In this document: positions 19,291 through 29,603 of the stretch, piece after piece | How the letters are laid out: each line of letters begins with the position of its first letter | Position numbering within the stretch: the first letter of the stretch is position 1 | NCBI GenBank assembly: GCA_965223325.1 | Contig: CBDCWI010000001.1 | Location: 608,001-672,000, forward strand | Length of the DNA: 64,000 nucleotides | Reading direction: 5' to 3' | Origin: Candidatus Multivoradales bacterium | GTDB lineage: Bacteria; Acidobacteriota; Thermoanaerobaculia; Multivoradales; Multivoraceae | Notes under the pieces: model-generated | The model's database searches: none | The model's input: only the letters and a program-made list of their open reading frames with translations | What the model was told of the DNA's origin: nothing | Translations under genes and position numbers: made by a program

Positions 19291-21864
19291 TCAGTGGCTG
19301 CGCGCCGCCCCACCGACGGACGTCGCCGGGCGATTCAACTTGCGCAGTCGGTCGAGCATCGAAATGTCTGCCGAGGAGGGTCGCAGCAGCTCGCCGTCCG
19401 GCCCGGTACGCACGCGAATCTGCGGTGGCCCGCTCCGCGCCGCGAAGGATAGAGCCCCGAGGCCCGCCGCCCCGCCGCATTGCGGGCCGTCGGCCAGGAA
19501 GTCAAGCATGACCTGGCGCCGATGGGGAACGAAGACATTGGCCAGCGCCGCCGAGATGCGGAAGCGCTGACCGTCGGGGCCGGTCTCCTGCGAGGCCTCG
19601 GAAGTGTGCACGAAGGCCAGCGACTGTGGCCAGACCAGGCCCTCGCCAATTGCGCTTCCCGACGTCAGCTGATGGCAGCCGGCGCACGACTGGGTGGTCG
19701 CACGACCCACCAGATCGCGCGGTGAGAGCGTCGAGCCGATGGCATTCAACCCGGCCTGGATCTGTGCCGCGAAGGCTCCGTTCGGGTCCAGTTGATTGCG
19801 ATAGTCGTCGCCACTGGCCTGCGAAGTGCTCTGGCCGCTGTTGAAACGATCCGGGATCAACATCGAGATCTGGTTCAGATCAGGTGCAGCCAGGGATGGT
19901 ATCTGGCTGATGAAGAACTGCCGGAAGTCGTTGGCGATGGCCGATGTGTTGTTGTCGTCGAAGAGACCGCTGAAGGGATTCTCCTTGACCGTCACCGGTG
20001 TGACCTCGAGCTGGCAGTTGTTGCCGTTCTGGTCGCACAGAAGCACCGTCTTGAACTCACGCAGCTGCCAGAGGGTGCTCGGCAGGTTGAGGAACTGGTT
20101 GGTGCGTATCTGCCCGGCACCGGGCGCGTAGTTTGCGATCTGGATGACCGGATCGACGCCGGCCGCCGGCAGGCCGTCGAAGAAGAAGTCACGCAAGAGC
20201 TGGGCGCGGGTATTCGGGTCGTCTTCAGCCGAGAGGTCGACCCAGAAGTCGACGATCGGCTTGCAGCCGGCCAGGCCACAAGACGGTTGGGGGTTTGGGA
20301 GCTCGGCTTCGAAGATCACGAAGTTGCGCAGCGTCGAGCTCGTCTGCCCGCTGCGGCGCGCGAAAACCACCCGGTACTGGCCACAGTGTGAACCGTCGCT
20401 CGCCGCGAGATCGAAGCGGTTCGAGATCGCGATCGGTAGGTAGAAACTCTCCAGGCTCGGATTGAAGGGGCTGATCGTCGTCTCGACCCCCTCCGGGCGC
20501 GGGCACTCGAGCGGGAAGCCGTTCAGCGTCGGTGCGATGGTCGACTCGTCGTCACAGTTGGGGCCGAGCCCCAGGCCGGGACCAGGGTTCTGGGTATCCC
20601 AGAACTGCCGCCACAGCTGCTCCGACGAAAGACCCTGGACGCCAGAGTCGGAAGCCAACTGGCCGATGACATCGTCGAGTTGAATGGCGTCGACGATGAG
20701 CTCCTCGGTAACGAAGATCGAGCGCCGGGCGTCGACTTCGGGGGGGTCCGGAGGATCGGGTGGGTCCGGCGGATCGGGCGGTTCGCCACCCTCGACGCGT
20801 GTGACCTGCCATTGGCTCTCGAAGGCGCGGTCGGGCTTCTCCGGATCGCCAGACCACACGAAGGGCGTGCTGCCACCAATGAACTCGACCCTCGCCAAAC
20901 CAATGTCGAACGGCGGCGCGCCGTTGGCAAACGGCACACTCATGTGAGTCAACGAAGCGAAGGGAGTCCCAGGAAAGGCACTGACCGGTATGACGGCGTC
21001 GACCCAGTCCTGGCGCGGATCGCCAGCCAGAAAGGGGCCGATGGCAACTCGCTCGCCGGGGACACCGGAAGGCGCAACGGTGAGCTTGCTCCAGTCGGCA
21101 TCGCCGAAGTCGCGCACCACCAGGCGCAGGTGCGTGTTGCCGCCCGCTAGCGGTGAAACGTTCGGGAACCACACCGACGTCGCACCGTTGCCGAGCTTGA
21201 AATGGTTCCAACCGCCATCAGGATTGGTGATGCGGAAGTGGCCAGGGTCCTCCGGCGGATCGGGTGGATCCGGTGGATCAGGCGGATCGCCGCCGAGAAC
21301 CAGGTTTCCCGTCAGGCCACCTTCGAAGGCGTTGCCGGTGTTGTCGGGCGCGCCGAACCAGGTGAACACAGGAGCGTTGCCGCCCACCAGCTCGATCGCC
21401 GCCACGCCGATTTCGAACGGCGGCGCGTTCATGGTGAACGGCACGCTGAGGTGGGTGATGCCGCTCCAGGCTCCGGGCTGGAACTCGTCGAGCGGCAGGA
21501 AGACCTCGAACCAGTCGCTCGGCGAGCCCGCGAGAAAGTCGCCGATGCGTACTGCCGAAGCCGAATCGCTCTGCGCCGCGATCGAGATCCGATTCCAGTC
21601 CGCGCCGCCACCGAAGTCACGAAGGAGTAGGCGGAGGTGCGTGTGGTCGGCAGCCGGCGAAATGGCCGGAAACCACACCGATTCAGGGTTGTGACCGAGC
21701 TTGAGGTGGTCCCAACCACCATTGGGGTTGGTGACGCGGAGGTGTGTAGGGTCTTCTCCTTGAGCGGAGACACCACTCCAGGGCGCCAGGGCGAGGGAAG
21801 CTAGCAGCAGACAGGAGAAGAAAAAGGAACCAGACGGCAACCGCCGTGAGCGGGTCCGGGGCAT
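19291..21864 (-). CDS. Secreted modular protein: two tandem beta-rich repeats + Cys-rich domain with CxxCH
   Basis: Signal peptide; duplicated ~165-aa units (TNP.GGW.H.KLG....VWFP); (DPP)n linkers; 'CAGCH'. Confidence 0.8.
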   Translation of the reverse strand: MPRTRSRRLPSGSFFFSCLLLASLALAPWSGVSAQGEDPTHLRVTNPNGGWDHLKLGHNPESVWFPAISPAADHTHLRLLLRDFGGGADWNRISIAAQSDSASAVRIGDFLAGSPSDWFEVFLPLDEFQPGAWSGITHLSVPFTMNAPPFEIGVAAIELVGGNAPVFTWFGAPDNTGNAFEGGLTGNLVLGGDPPDPPDPPDPPEDPGHFRITNPDGGWNHFKLGNGATSVWFPNVSPLAGGNTHLRLVVRDFGDADWSKLTVAPSGVPGERVAIGPFLAGDPRQDWVDAVIPVSAFPGTPFASLTHMSVPFANGAPPFDIGLARVEFIGGSTPFVWSGDPEKPDRAFESQWQVTRVEGGEPPDPPDPPDPPDPPEVDARRSIFVTEELIVDAIQLDDVIGQLASDSGVQGLSSEQLWRQFWDTQNPGPGLGLGPNCDDESTIAPTLNGFPLECPRPEGVETTISPFNPSLESFYLPIAISNRFDLAASDGSHCGQYRVVFARRSGQTSSTLRNFVIFEAELPNPQPSCGLAGCKPIVDFWVDLSAEDDPNTRAQLLRDFFFDGLPAAGVDPVIQIANYAPGAGQIRTNQFLNLPSTLWQLREFKTVLLCDQNGNNCQLEVTPVTVKENPFSGLFDDNNTSAIANDFRQFFISQIPSLAAPDLNQISMLIPDRFNSGQSTSQASGDDYRNQLDPNGAFAAQIQAGLNAIGSTLSPRDLVGRATTQSCAGCHQLTSGSAIGEGLVWPQSLAFVHTSEASQETGPDGQRFRISAALANVFVPHRRQVMLDFLADGPQCGGAAGLGALSFAARSGPPQIRVRTGPDGELLRPSSADISMLDRLRKLNRPATSVGGAARSH

Positions 21865-22090
21865 GGTGACTCCTCAGGTGGGGCAAGCGAGACATCGCCT
21901 GCACAAAGAAGTAGAGACGGAAAAGGATCACGAAGTTCCTCAGTCCCAGTCGGCGTTCGGTCAACGCAAAAAGACGACCGACCCCCTTTCAGCACCCTGA
22001 GGTCCAGCGGGAGGAGACGAGGTCAAGATGTCGTACACGGAAAGTGTTGCAACGATTCTACTTTCGCCGACCTGCCCGCGCCAGCCAAGC

Positions 22091-22146
22091 GCCGGGCATT
22101 CCCCGGGCATTCCCCGGGCGTTTGCCCGGGCGTTTCCCGGGCAAAC
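22091..22146. repeat. CCCGGG-core tandem array, 11-12 bp period, 5 units
   Basis: Cores at 22091, 22102, 22113, 22125, 22136. Confidence 0.85.
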
Positions 22147-22184
22147 GACTGGGGTGATTCTCGTAAAGCTCGGCGGGCTGGCGG

Positions 22185-24485
22185 TCAGTTGCCCGGCCAA
22201 AGCCGCCGCCACCATGCCTCTTTCTCGGGCGCCGGATCTGTTGTGACCGCAAGACCGGTGTGCCGCTGACGGGCGCGAATCTCTTCGCGATCCCACCCGG
22301 TGAGGTTCGCCAGGGTCTGTGCCTCGCGTTCGAAACGGGTCTGGAGGTTTGCCTGGTACGCCTTGCCCGCCTGACAGGTGATGGGTCCGGTGTAGGGATG
22401 GCGCATGACGTAGCGCCCCTGGAAGTTGGTGCGGTCCGACGTTTCCTGGAAGCGCAGGTCCTCGGGGAACGTCTCGCGGTCGTAGCGCACGTGCAGGCGG
22501 GTGACGAAGACGTTCTGGGCACCGTTCCCTGGGCGCCGGCGTCTCACGTCACCGTTCCTTCCATTGTCATCGAGCCAGAAGACTCCGAGCTCGCGAAGCT
22601 GGCTTGCCGAAAGCGGATCGGCCGCGCAGGGATCGCACCAGGCCATGTCCCAGGCGTACTCGAGAAACACCGCTCGCTGCCGTTCGGCTCTGACCTGATG
22701 GCTGAACATGTCGCGGTAGAAGTCGCCGAACTCGTCTTTGACGAACGTCGGGATCTCGGAACCTGTTGGCATTCGCACGGTGCGGTAGTTGGTGGTCTCG
22801 ACCCGCCCCCTGCGGGTCAAGGTGTAGATCAACAGATCCTGGGCGCCCTTGGCGTTGAGGGTGCCAAGACGAATCGGCAGCATGAACTTCGGCGACTCGA
22901 AGGCGATCTGGAGAGGTCGTAGGAGGCTCGTGCCGAGGCGCGACTGCTCCTCGAGGTTCACCTTGGCGACGAAGAAGTGCATCCCCTGGCGTATGTAGCT
23001 GCCAAGCACCCTGTCGGCACCTCGGGGAACTCGATAGTCGTTGCGCTGGAGCCACTTTAGAAGGCCATCGCTCTGTTCGGCGGAGAGCAGCAGAATGTCG
23101 TACTCACCAACCGTGTAGCGCGCCTCGATCGTGACGCCGTCCGCCTCGCGAACTTCCTGCGCCGCACCTTCGGGTGGCGCCGCAGCAGAGCGCATGAACT
23201 GTTCGAGCCTCCGCCGATCACAGGGGTTCTCGTCGTGGTACTCGACCAGGCGCGGCGACGTGTACTGATCGAGGTGATCGATAAGCGCCTGTTCGGCGAC
23301 GTGAATCTGGTCGCGCTCGAGCAGGGTCGGTACCGGAATCACCATCGCGAACTCCGACGGCTCGCCCTGATAGTCGCTGCCCATCGTCAGGACCGTGCGG
23401 TCACCGTCTCGCGCAATGACCACCTGCGAGGCTTCGTTCCAGAGGTCGGCATCGGCCCGGGCAACATAGAAGCCGCAGAACGCCGAAGCCGGCGCGGCCA
23501 TCGCGAAGACAACGAGAAAGGCGAGGAGAAGTACGACTGAAGCAGTCAGTTTCCGTCGACCGCGAGCGCGGAGGTTCCGTTTGGACTTGGACATGATGTG
23601 GGCTCCAGGTTGTAGTTGAGGGTTGGCTGGCGGACTGAAAGCTGAGCGTTGCGACGGGCCGGTGAACCCGGTTCCCCGCCAGGAGTAGCGCTCCCCAGGA
23701 AGCAACCGGTCAAACAGCGGCACCAACGGCGCACAGAAGGCGAGCGCCAGAAGAGGCGCCGCCGGTTGGTAGAACTTGAACTGAATGACTCCCGCCACCA
23801 GCGCCACCACACCGGCAAAGGCGACTCGGCCCATCCGCGTATCGGGAGTTGTCTTGGGGTCGGAGATCATCAAAAAAGCGAAGATCAGGATCGACCCGCT
23901 CTGCAGCGCATGAATGGGAATCGCCAGCGGATCGCCGAGCCACAACGCCCGCCCGAAGACCACCAGGCTCCAGAAGCCGAGAAAAGCCCAGGTGACGTCG
24001 CTGCGTGACGCGCGATAGGTCACCAGCATTCCCAGGCCACCGAAGAGCAGAAGCAGCCAGAGCCCGCTTCCCCACTGGCCCGGGGACACCCAGACCGCTC
24101 CGGTCGCCAGAGACATCACGACCAGCCCGAGGTTTGTGGGGTTCCAAACGTGCTTGCCGCGCGAGCGAAGGAGGAACTTCGACGCGATGGAAATCACCGC
24201 CGTCGCCGCCAGCGACCACGGCCCGGCAGCCCGGGCGAGCAAACAGAGTGACAGCCCCGAGATCAACGGACTCCGCGGGTCGAAGCCAATGCCCAACCAG
24301 CGCGAGAACAGCCACTGGGTGGCCAACGCGCTACCCACCAGAGTGACTGCCGCCGCACCCGTCACGTCAATCCGGTGGGTGACCGTTCCTCCGATGAGCA
24401 AGAACAACAGCATGGTCACCTGCCAGTGGCGAGGATCGCGGAACAGACGCGGCAAGAGATTGTCCCCGCCGAGAGAAGGCAACAT
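22185..24485 (-). CDS. RnfD/NqrB-like membrane domain fused in frame to DUF2330
   Basis: 'DPRHWQ', 'KHVWNP', 'MISDPKTTP' (RnfD/NqrB-like), then signal-like segment and 'FCGFYVA..LWNEASQV', 'WCDPC' (DUF2330); no stop between them. Start uncertain (ORF open to 24608). Confidence 0.8.
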   Translation of the reverse strand: MLPSLGGDNLLPRLFRDPRHWQVTMLLFLLIGGTVTHRIDVTGAAAVTLVGSALATQWLFSRWLGIGFDPRSPLISGLSLCLLARAAGPWSLAATAVISIASKFLLRSRGKHVWNPTNLGLVVMSLATGAVWVSPGQWGSGLWLLLLFGGLGMLVTYRASRSDVTWAFLGFWSLVVFGRALWLGDPLAIPIHALQSGSILIFAFLMISDPKTTPDTRMGRVAFAGVVALVAGVIQFKFYQPAAPLLALAFCAPLVPLFDRLLPGERYSWRGTGFTGPSQRSAFSPPANPQLQPGAHIMSKSKRNLRARGRRKLTASVVLLLAFLVVFAMAAPASAFCGFYVARADADLWNEASQVVIARDGDRTVLTMGSDYQGEPSEFAMVIPVPTLLERDQIHVAEQALIDHLDQYTSPRLVEYHDENPCDRRRLEQFMRSAAAPPEGAAQEVREADGVTIEARYTVGEYDILLLSAEQSDGLLKWLQRNDYRVPRGADRVLGSYIRQGMHFFVAKVNLEEQSRLGTSLLRPLQIAFESPKFMLPIRLGTLNAKGAQDLLIYTLTRRGRVETTNYRTVRMPTGSEIPTFVKDEFGDFYRDMFSHQVRAERQRAVFLEYAWDMAWCDPCAADPLSASQLRELGVFWLDDNGRNGDVRRRRPGNGAQNVFVTRLHVRYDRETFPEDLRFQETSDRTNFQGRYVMRHPYTGPITCQAGKAYQANLQTRFEREAQTLANLTGWDREEIRARQRHTGLAVTTDPAPEKEAWWRRLWPGN

Positions 24486-24716
24486 GAACTGGGCCTTCTG
24501 GGGGCGATGAAGCTGGATTCGTTTGATTTGCATGCCTGTTCTCCCAAGGCGGCCCGGGAAGTCTGCCCGTCCGCTCTCTGTCAACCGCTTGGACACATCA
24601 AGGTGCAACAGGCGAAACCACCCACCGAAACTTTCCTCGAACCTCGAGGCACGAGCGACCTCGGCCGTCGGGCGCTACGATGCGCCCGCAATCACTTGAA
24701 CTGTGAGGAAGACGCG

Positions 24717-25433
24717 ATGGCCGCCCAGAAGAGGACCCCGAAAAAGAAACCAGCCCGCTCCGAGAGCCCTCCTGTCCCAGAAGGTCCCTGGGACCGCGCC
24801 ACGACCGCCGACACTCGCGCGCTGCTCGAGGAGCTCCATCGCCTCTACCCGGACGCCGACTGCGAGCTCGATTGGCAAACGCCCTACCAGCTGCTCATTG
24901 CCACCATCCTCTCGGCCCAGTCGACCGACAAGAAGGTCAACGAGGTCACGCCGGCCCTGTTCGCTGCCTACCCCGGTCCAGCCGAGCTGGCGGCGGCGCC
25001 GGTGTCCGAGGTCGAAGGGTTGGTTCAACAGACCGGCTTCTACCGCCAGAAAACCAAGAGCATTCAGGCCACCGCCAGAATCCTCGTCGAGGAGCATGAT
25101 GGTGAGGTCCCCAGAACTCTCGACGAGCTGGTGCGACTCAAGGGGGTGGCGCGCAAGACCGCCAACGTCGTCCTCGGCACGTCGTTCGGCATCGCCGTCG
25201 GGGTGGTCGTCGACACCCACGTCAAACGACTCGCCTACCGCCTCGGACTCAGCCGCGAGACCAAACCGCCAAAGGTCGAGAAGGACCTCATGGAAGCGCT
25301 ACCGCGCGACGAGTGGATCTTCGCGGCGCACGCCCTGATCTGGCACGGCCGCCGCGTCTGCGATGCGCGTCGCCCTCTGTGCGACGCGTGCACGCTGAGC
25401 AAGCGCTGCCCGCGCAACGGTCTGGCGACCTGA
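24717..25433 (+). CDS. nth: Endonuclease III
   Basis: 'LSAQSTD', HhH 'LKGVARKTANV', 'VDTHV', 4Fe-4S motif C-x6-C-x2-C-x5-C. Confidence 0.95.
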   Translation: MAAQKRTPKKKPARSESPPVPEGPWDRATTADTRALLEELHRLYPDADCELDWQTPYQLLIATILSAQSTDKKVNEVTPALFAAYPGPAELAAAPVSEVEGLVQQTGFYRQKTKSIQATARILVEEHDGEVPRTLDELVRLKGVARKTANVVLGTSFGIAVGVVVDTHVKRLAYRLGLSRETKPPKVEKDLMEALPRDEWIFAAHALIWHGRRVCDARRPLCDACTLSKRCPRNGLAT

Positions 25434-25504
25434 GCGCGATAGAATCCGAAGTTCGCGAGAGCACTCGCGACCCGCTCCCTTCCCCCACCCACGGAGCCCC
25501 GCCG

Positions 25505-26893
25505 ATGACCGTCAAGACCCTTCGCTTCCTCCTGTTGGCTTTCGCGTCAGCCAGCTTCGTCGCCACCGCCGCCCTCGCGGCGCCACCGGCGAACACCGCC
25601 GACGCCGAGAAGCCGTCGTTCACCCGCGACATCGCACCGATCCTCCAACGCAGCTGTGAGACCTGCCATCGCCCCGGCCAGATCGCCCCGATGTCGCTGC
25701 GCACCTACGACGAGGTTCGCCCCTGGGCGAAATCGATCCAGAAGGTGACCGCCAAGCGCACCATGCCGCCCTGGCATGCCGACCCACAGTTCGGCAGCTG
25801 GAAGAACGACATCAGCTTGAGCGACAGCGAGATCGACACCATCTCGCGTTGGGTCGATCAGGGAGCCCCTCGAGGTGACCTGAGCGACATGCCCGCAGCT
25901 CGCGACTGGGGCCCGCAGGAATGGCGGCTCGGCGAACCGGATGTGACCTTCACCTATTCGCGACCCGCTCCGGTGGGCAAAGAAGTCGACGACGAATACC
26001 GCTGCTTCGTCATGTCGGTGCCCTTCGAAGAAGAAGTGTGGCTGAAGGCAACCGACTACAAACCCGGCAACCCCGAGATCGTTCATCACTACATCGTCTT
26101 TCTCGACAAGAGCGGCCGGGCCATGGAGCTCGACCGCCGTACCCCCGAGCCCGGTTTCGAATGCGGCATGACCGGCGGCGGCGCGGAGCTGGGTCTTCTG
26201 CCGATGATCGGTGCCTGGGCACCCGGCAACACTTCGGGCTGGGGTCCCGAGGGCGTCGCCAGGCGCATCCCGGCTGGTTCGCAGATCGTCCTGCAGATTC
26301 ATTTCCACAACGCCACCGGCGAAGACCAGACCGACCAGTCCTCCATCGGCTGGCATCTCGCCAAGGGCTCTGAGCTGGTCGAATACGAGCCCAACACCCA
26401 CCTGCTCTCCGCCTGGCAGCTCGACATTCCGCCCGGCGAACGCGAAGTCACGCACGCCGCCGAATGGAAGACCTCGCGCCATATCACCCTGTTGGGGATC
26501 GCACCGCACATGCACTACCGCGGCAAGAGCATGCGGGTCTGGTACCAGCCTCCCGGTGCTGAAGAAGAGACCATGCTCTTCGTCCCCAACTACGACTTCA
26601 ACTGGCAAACCACCTACGCCTTCGAGGCGCCGATGAAGATCCCCGCCGGTTCGAAGTTCCGGATGGAGTCGGTACACGACAACTCGTCCGGCAACCCACA
26701 CAACCCGGACCCGACGCGACATGTCAAATGGGGCGAAGAAACCCACAATGAAATGTCGATCGCCTTCCTGCCTCACACCGTCGACGAAAAACGCATCGAC
26801 GTCACCCCGGTCTGGCCACCAAAGCGCTTTGATCCAAAGGGTGACGGTGGCGACCCGCCGGCGACCCAGGGCAACGCCACGGGCGGAAAGTAG
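25505..26893 (+). CDS. Secreted cytochrome c + copper type II (PHM-like) monooxygenase-domain protein
   Basis: Signal peptide, 'CETCH', 'MPPW', 'VHHY', 'QIHFH', 'PHMHYRG', 'YDFNWQ', 'NEM'. Confidence 0.8.
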   Translation: MTVKTLRFLLLAFASASFVATAALAAPPANTADAEKPSFTRDIAPILQRSCETCHRPGQIAPMSLRTYDEVRPWAKSIQKVTAKRTMPPWHADPQFGSWKNDISLSDSEIDTISRWVDQGAPRGDLSDMPAARDWGPQEWRLGEPDVTFTYSRPAPVGKEVDDEYRCFVMSVPFEEEVWLKATDYKPGNPEIVHHYIVFLDKSGRAMELDRRTPEPGFECGMTGGGAELGLLPMIGAWAPGNTSGWGPEGVARRIPAGSQIVLQIHFHNATGEDQTDQSSIGWHLAKGSELVEYEPNTHLLSAWQLDIPPGEREVTHAAEWKTSRHITLLGIAPHMHYRGKSMRVWYQPPGAEEETMLFVPNYDFNWQTTYAFEAPMKIPAGSKFRMESVHDNSSGNPHNPDPTRHVKWGEETHNEMSIAFLPHTVDEKRIDVTPVWPPKRFDPKGDGGDPPATQGNATGGK

Positions 26894-26976
26894 TCGAAGG
26901 AGAAAGCTCAGCGGAATAGGCCGCCAGATCGCGCGGTTCGTCCCACTACACTCCCAGAAGTGAAAGGACGACCGTC

Positions 26977-28767
26977 ATGGTGCTCTCCAGAGGTCTGCTC
27001 GAGAACGCTCGTTTCGCTGCGCCTCAGAGCGCCCAACGCGTTCGAAACGGCCTTCTGGTGTCCGCGGTCGTTCTTCTGCTCCTCATTCCAAACCGGTCTC
27101 CCGGGCAGCAGGAGACGCCGGAGGCAACCTTCGGTGAGACCGTCGAGGTGCGTGTCGTCGACCTCGATGTGGTCGTCGTCGATCGCCGCGGCCGTCCCGT
27201 CGGCGGCCTCACCAAAGAAGACTTCGAAGTCCGCGAAGACGGCGCACCGGTCGAGATCCGGTACTTCCGCGCACCCACCGCCGCGGACAACGCGGATCGG
27301 ACCGGTCGCGCGAACCCCGAAGTCGCGCCGGAGGCGGCTGCCGAAGCACCCTCGCGGCCCCCGCGTCGCCTGTTCGCCGTCTACCTCGACGACGACCACC
27401 TGCCCCCGGGCTCCGCTCGACGCGTCCACCAGGCGCTTTTCCAGCTGCTCGAGGCCGGCGTTTTCGAAGGGGCCGAGTTGGCCCTGTTGCGACGGCGCGG
27501 AAAGGTCGAGCTCCTGGTTCCGCCCACCAAGGACTCTGCACGCGTCCTCGAGGTCGTCCGCGCGAACGAGAAGCCGACAGGACAGGGTAACCGCCTCCAG
27601 ATCGCACGCCGCGCCGCGCTGACCGCCGTCGTCGACACCTGGGAAGCCTGTGAGATAGCCCCCAACTGCATCCCGTGTGTTGACGTCTGGGGTCAGATGG
27701 TCGCCATCGCGCGAGGTTACGCCGCCAGTGCGCAGGCGACCAACGACTCCATCCTCGCCGGGCTCAGCCGAGCCACCACGATTCTCGGGACCTTCCCCGG
27801 CCGCTCGACTCTCCTGGTGGTGAGCGAAGGCCTGACCTTCCGCCCGGGCCTGGCGCTCTACGATCATCTCGGCGGCCTCTGCCCGGAGCTCCACCGCCAG
27901 GACGCCGACGCCTTGATGCGCGAGACAAACCTTGCCTCGGCGCTCAACCAAGCGGCAGCAATCGCCAACACCGACCGGGTGACCCTCTACCCGCTCGACC
28001 CGGGCGGTCTGCGAGCGAGCAGTTCGATGGACACCTCGATCGGCAACCGCCGGCTCCTGCCAACCTCTATCAACGACCAACTTAGGCTCGCCAACCTGGA
28101 GGGCCCGCTCCATCAATTGGCAGAGGAAACGGGCGGCAAGGCTCTCCTCAACGCCAACCGGCCGGCCCAGGCCATTGCCGGCGCGGCCTCAGAACTCGCC
28201 TACGCCTATTCGATCGGCTTCGTACCGGCGCACCCCGCCAGCGGCCGGACACACCTTCTCGACGTGCGCCTGGTGGGTCGCGCAGCCAAGGCCGGGCGGC
28301 GCCTGCGCTACCGGCGGCAGTACTTGGACCGCACCCAGGAGCACCGCGACGCCGACCGCCTCGCTGCCGCCCTCCTCACTGGTAAGAGCGAGAACCCGCT
28401 CGGCGTCGAGCTCAGCATCACGACCTTGCCCGTCGACCCGAACCTCGAAGGCCGCAAGCGAGCCCGCGCCCTGCGGACGGTCCGCGTCCGGGTCGTTTTG
28501 CCTCCCGAGAAAGTCGCCCACTGGCGAGCGCTGGCGGCAACCAACGAAAGAAACCAGGGGTTCAAGATCTGGCTCACAGGGCGCAACCACAGCAACCTGT
28601 GGCTCCCAATGCGAACCCGGACCTTCGAGGCGCCGCCCGGCGGCAGCGCGCTCGACCTGGCGATCGAACTCGAAGCGGGTATCGGAACCTGGCAGATGGC
28701 GGTCGCCGTACGCGATCTCGGGACCGGCACGACCACCTTTCAAACCCGCGAAGTGACTGTCGACTGA
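26977..28767 (+). CDS. VWA-domain protein, Acidobacteria VWFA-related type
   Basis: 'VRVVDLDVVVVDRRGRPVGGLTKEDFEVREDG', 'VVSEG', 'LAEETGG', 'YSIGF'. Confidence 0.85.
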   Translation: MVLSRGLLENARFAAPQSAQRVRNGLLVSAVVLLLLIPNRSPGQQETPEATFGETVEVRVVDLDVVVVDRRGRPVGGLTKEDFEVREDGAPVEIRYFRAPTAADNADRTGRANPEVAPEAAAEAPSRPPRRLFAVYLDDDHLPPGSARRVHQALFQLLEAGVFEGAELALLRRRGKVELLVPPTKDSARVLEVVRANEKPTGQGNRLQIARRAALTAVVDTWEACEIAPNCIPCVDVWGQMVAIARGYAASAQATNDSILAGLSRATTILGTFPGRSTLLVVSEGLTFRPGLALYDHLGGLCPELHRQDADALMRETNLASALNQAAAIANTDRVTLYPLDPGGLRASSSMDTSIGNRRLLPTSINDQLRLANLEGPLHQLAEETGGKALLNANRPAQAIAGAASELAYAYSIGFVPAHPASGRTHLLDVRLVGRAAKAGRRLRYRRQYLDRTQEHRDADRLAAALLTGKSENPLGVELSITTLPVDPNLEGRKRARALRTVRVRVVLPPEKVAHWRALAATNERNQGFKIWLTGRNHSNLWLPMRTRTFEAPPGGSALDLAIELEAGIGTWQMAVAVRDLGTGTTTFQTREVTVD

Positions 28768-28777
28768 GGCGTAGGCC

Positions 28778-29554
28778 TCAAGCCTTCTCGATCAACCACA
28801 TCGCCGAGACCAGGTTGGTCTCCATGTAGGCGCACTCTTTTTCCTGTTCGCGCACGAAGCGGGCGAAGGCCGCGGCGTACTCGGGGTGACGCTCGGCGAG
28901 CGTGTTGGCCCGCGCACGGATCTGGGCGTTGATTTCGACGTTCTCGGCCACGGTCTCCTCGAGTGATTCGACTTCTTCGGCGACCACGGTATCGCCGTGG
29001 GCCTCGAGGAGCGCGATGGTGTCGGCGTGTGGAAGGCAACCCTCGAAGCCTTCGAATGACGGCTTGCCTCCGGGCTGCAGGAAGTCGTCGTTGATCAGGA
29101 TGTGGCCTCCTGGCTTCAGGAAGCGCCTGAGAACGCCGACTGTGTCGTCGAGCGGCCCCAGCACATCACCGAGGGCGGCGTAGACGACGACATCGGCGGG
29201 CTCGAGCCGCCCAGCCAGCTTGTTGATGTCGCCACATTGGAAGGTGCAGCGGTCGGCCAGGCCGAGCTCGACGGCTTGCCGCTGGCAGTCGAGGACGAAG
29301 GGCTCGAAGAGGTCAATGCCCTGGACTCGGGTGCCGAGCTGGCGGGCGATCTCGAGAGAGACCGCACCTTTGCCGCAGCCAAGGTCGATGACCAACGCCT
29401 GGGCTGGCAAGTCGAGGCGAGCGAGCATCTCGGCAGCCAACTCGGGATCGCTGCCCAGGGCGTCGAGGTCTCGGAGGAGCTCGGGGGCAAACGGCAGCAG
29501 CCCGGGATCGATCTCGAGCGCGTAGGCCACCATCTCGTCTTCTGTTCTTGCCAT
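28778..29554 (-). CDS. Class I SAM-dependent methyltransferase
   Basis: 'IDLGCGKG' motif I, 'LKPGG'; ATG 29554. Confidence 0.88.
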   Translation of the reverse strand: MARTEDEMVAYALEIDPGLLPFAPELLRDLDALGSDPELAAEMLARLDLPAQALVIDLGCGKGAVSLEIARQLGTRVQGIDLFEPFVLDCQRQAVELGLADRCTFQCGDINKLAGRLEPADVVVYAALGDVLGPLDDTVGVLRRFLKPGGHILINDDFLQPGGKPSFEGFEGCLPHADTIALLEAHGDTVVAEEVESLEETVAENVEINAQIRARANTLAERHPEYAAAFARFVREQEKECAYMETNLVSAMWLIEKA

Positions 29555-29603
29555 GTCTGGCGTCTCCGTTATGGTGCGCCCACCATTTCTCTGGAGCCGA
29601 GCC

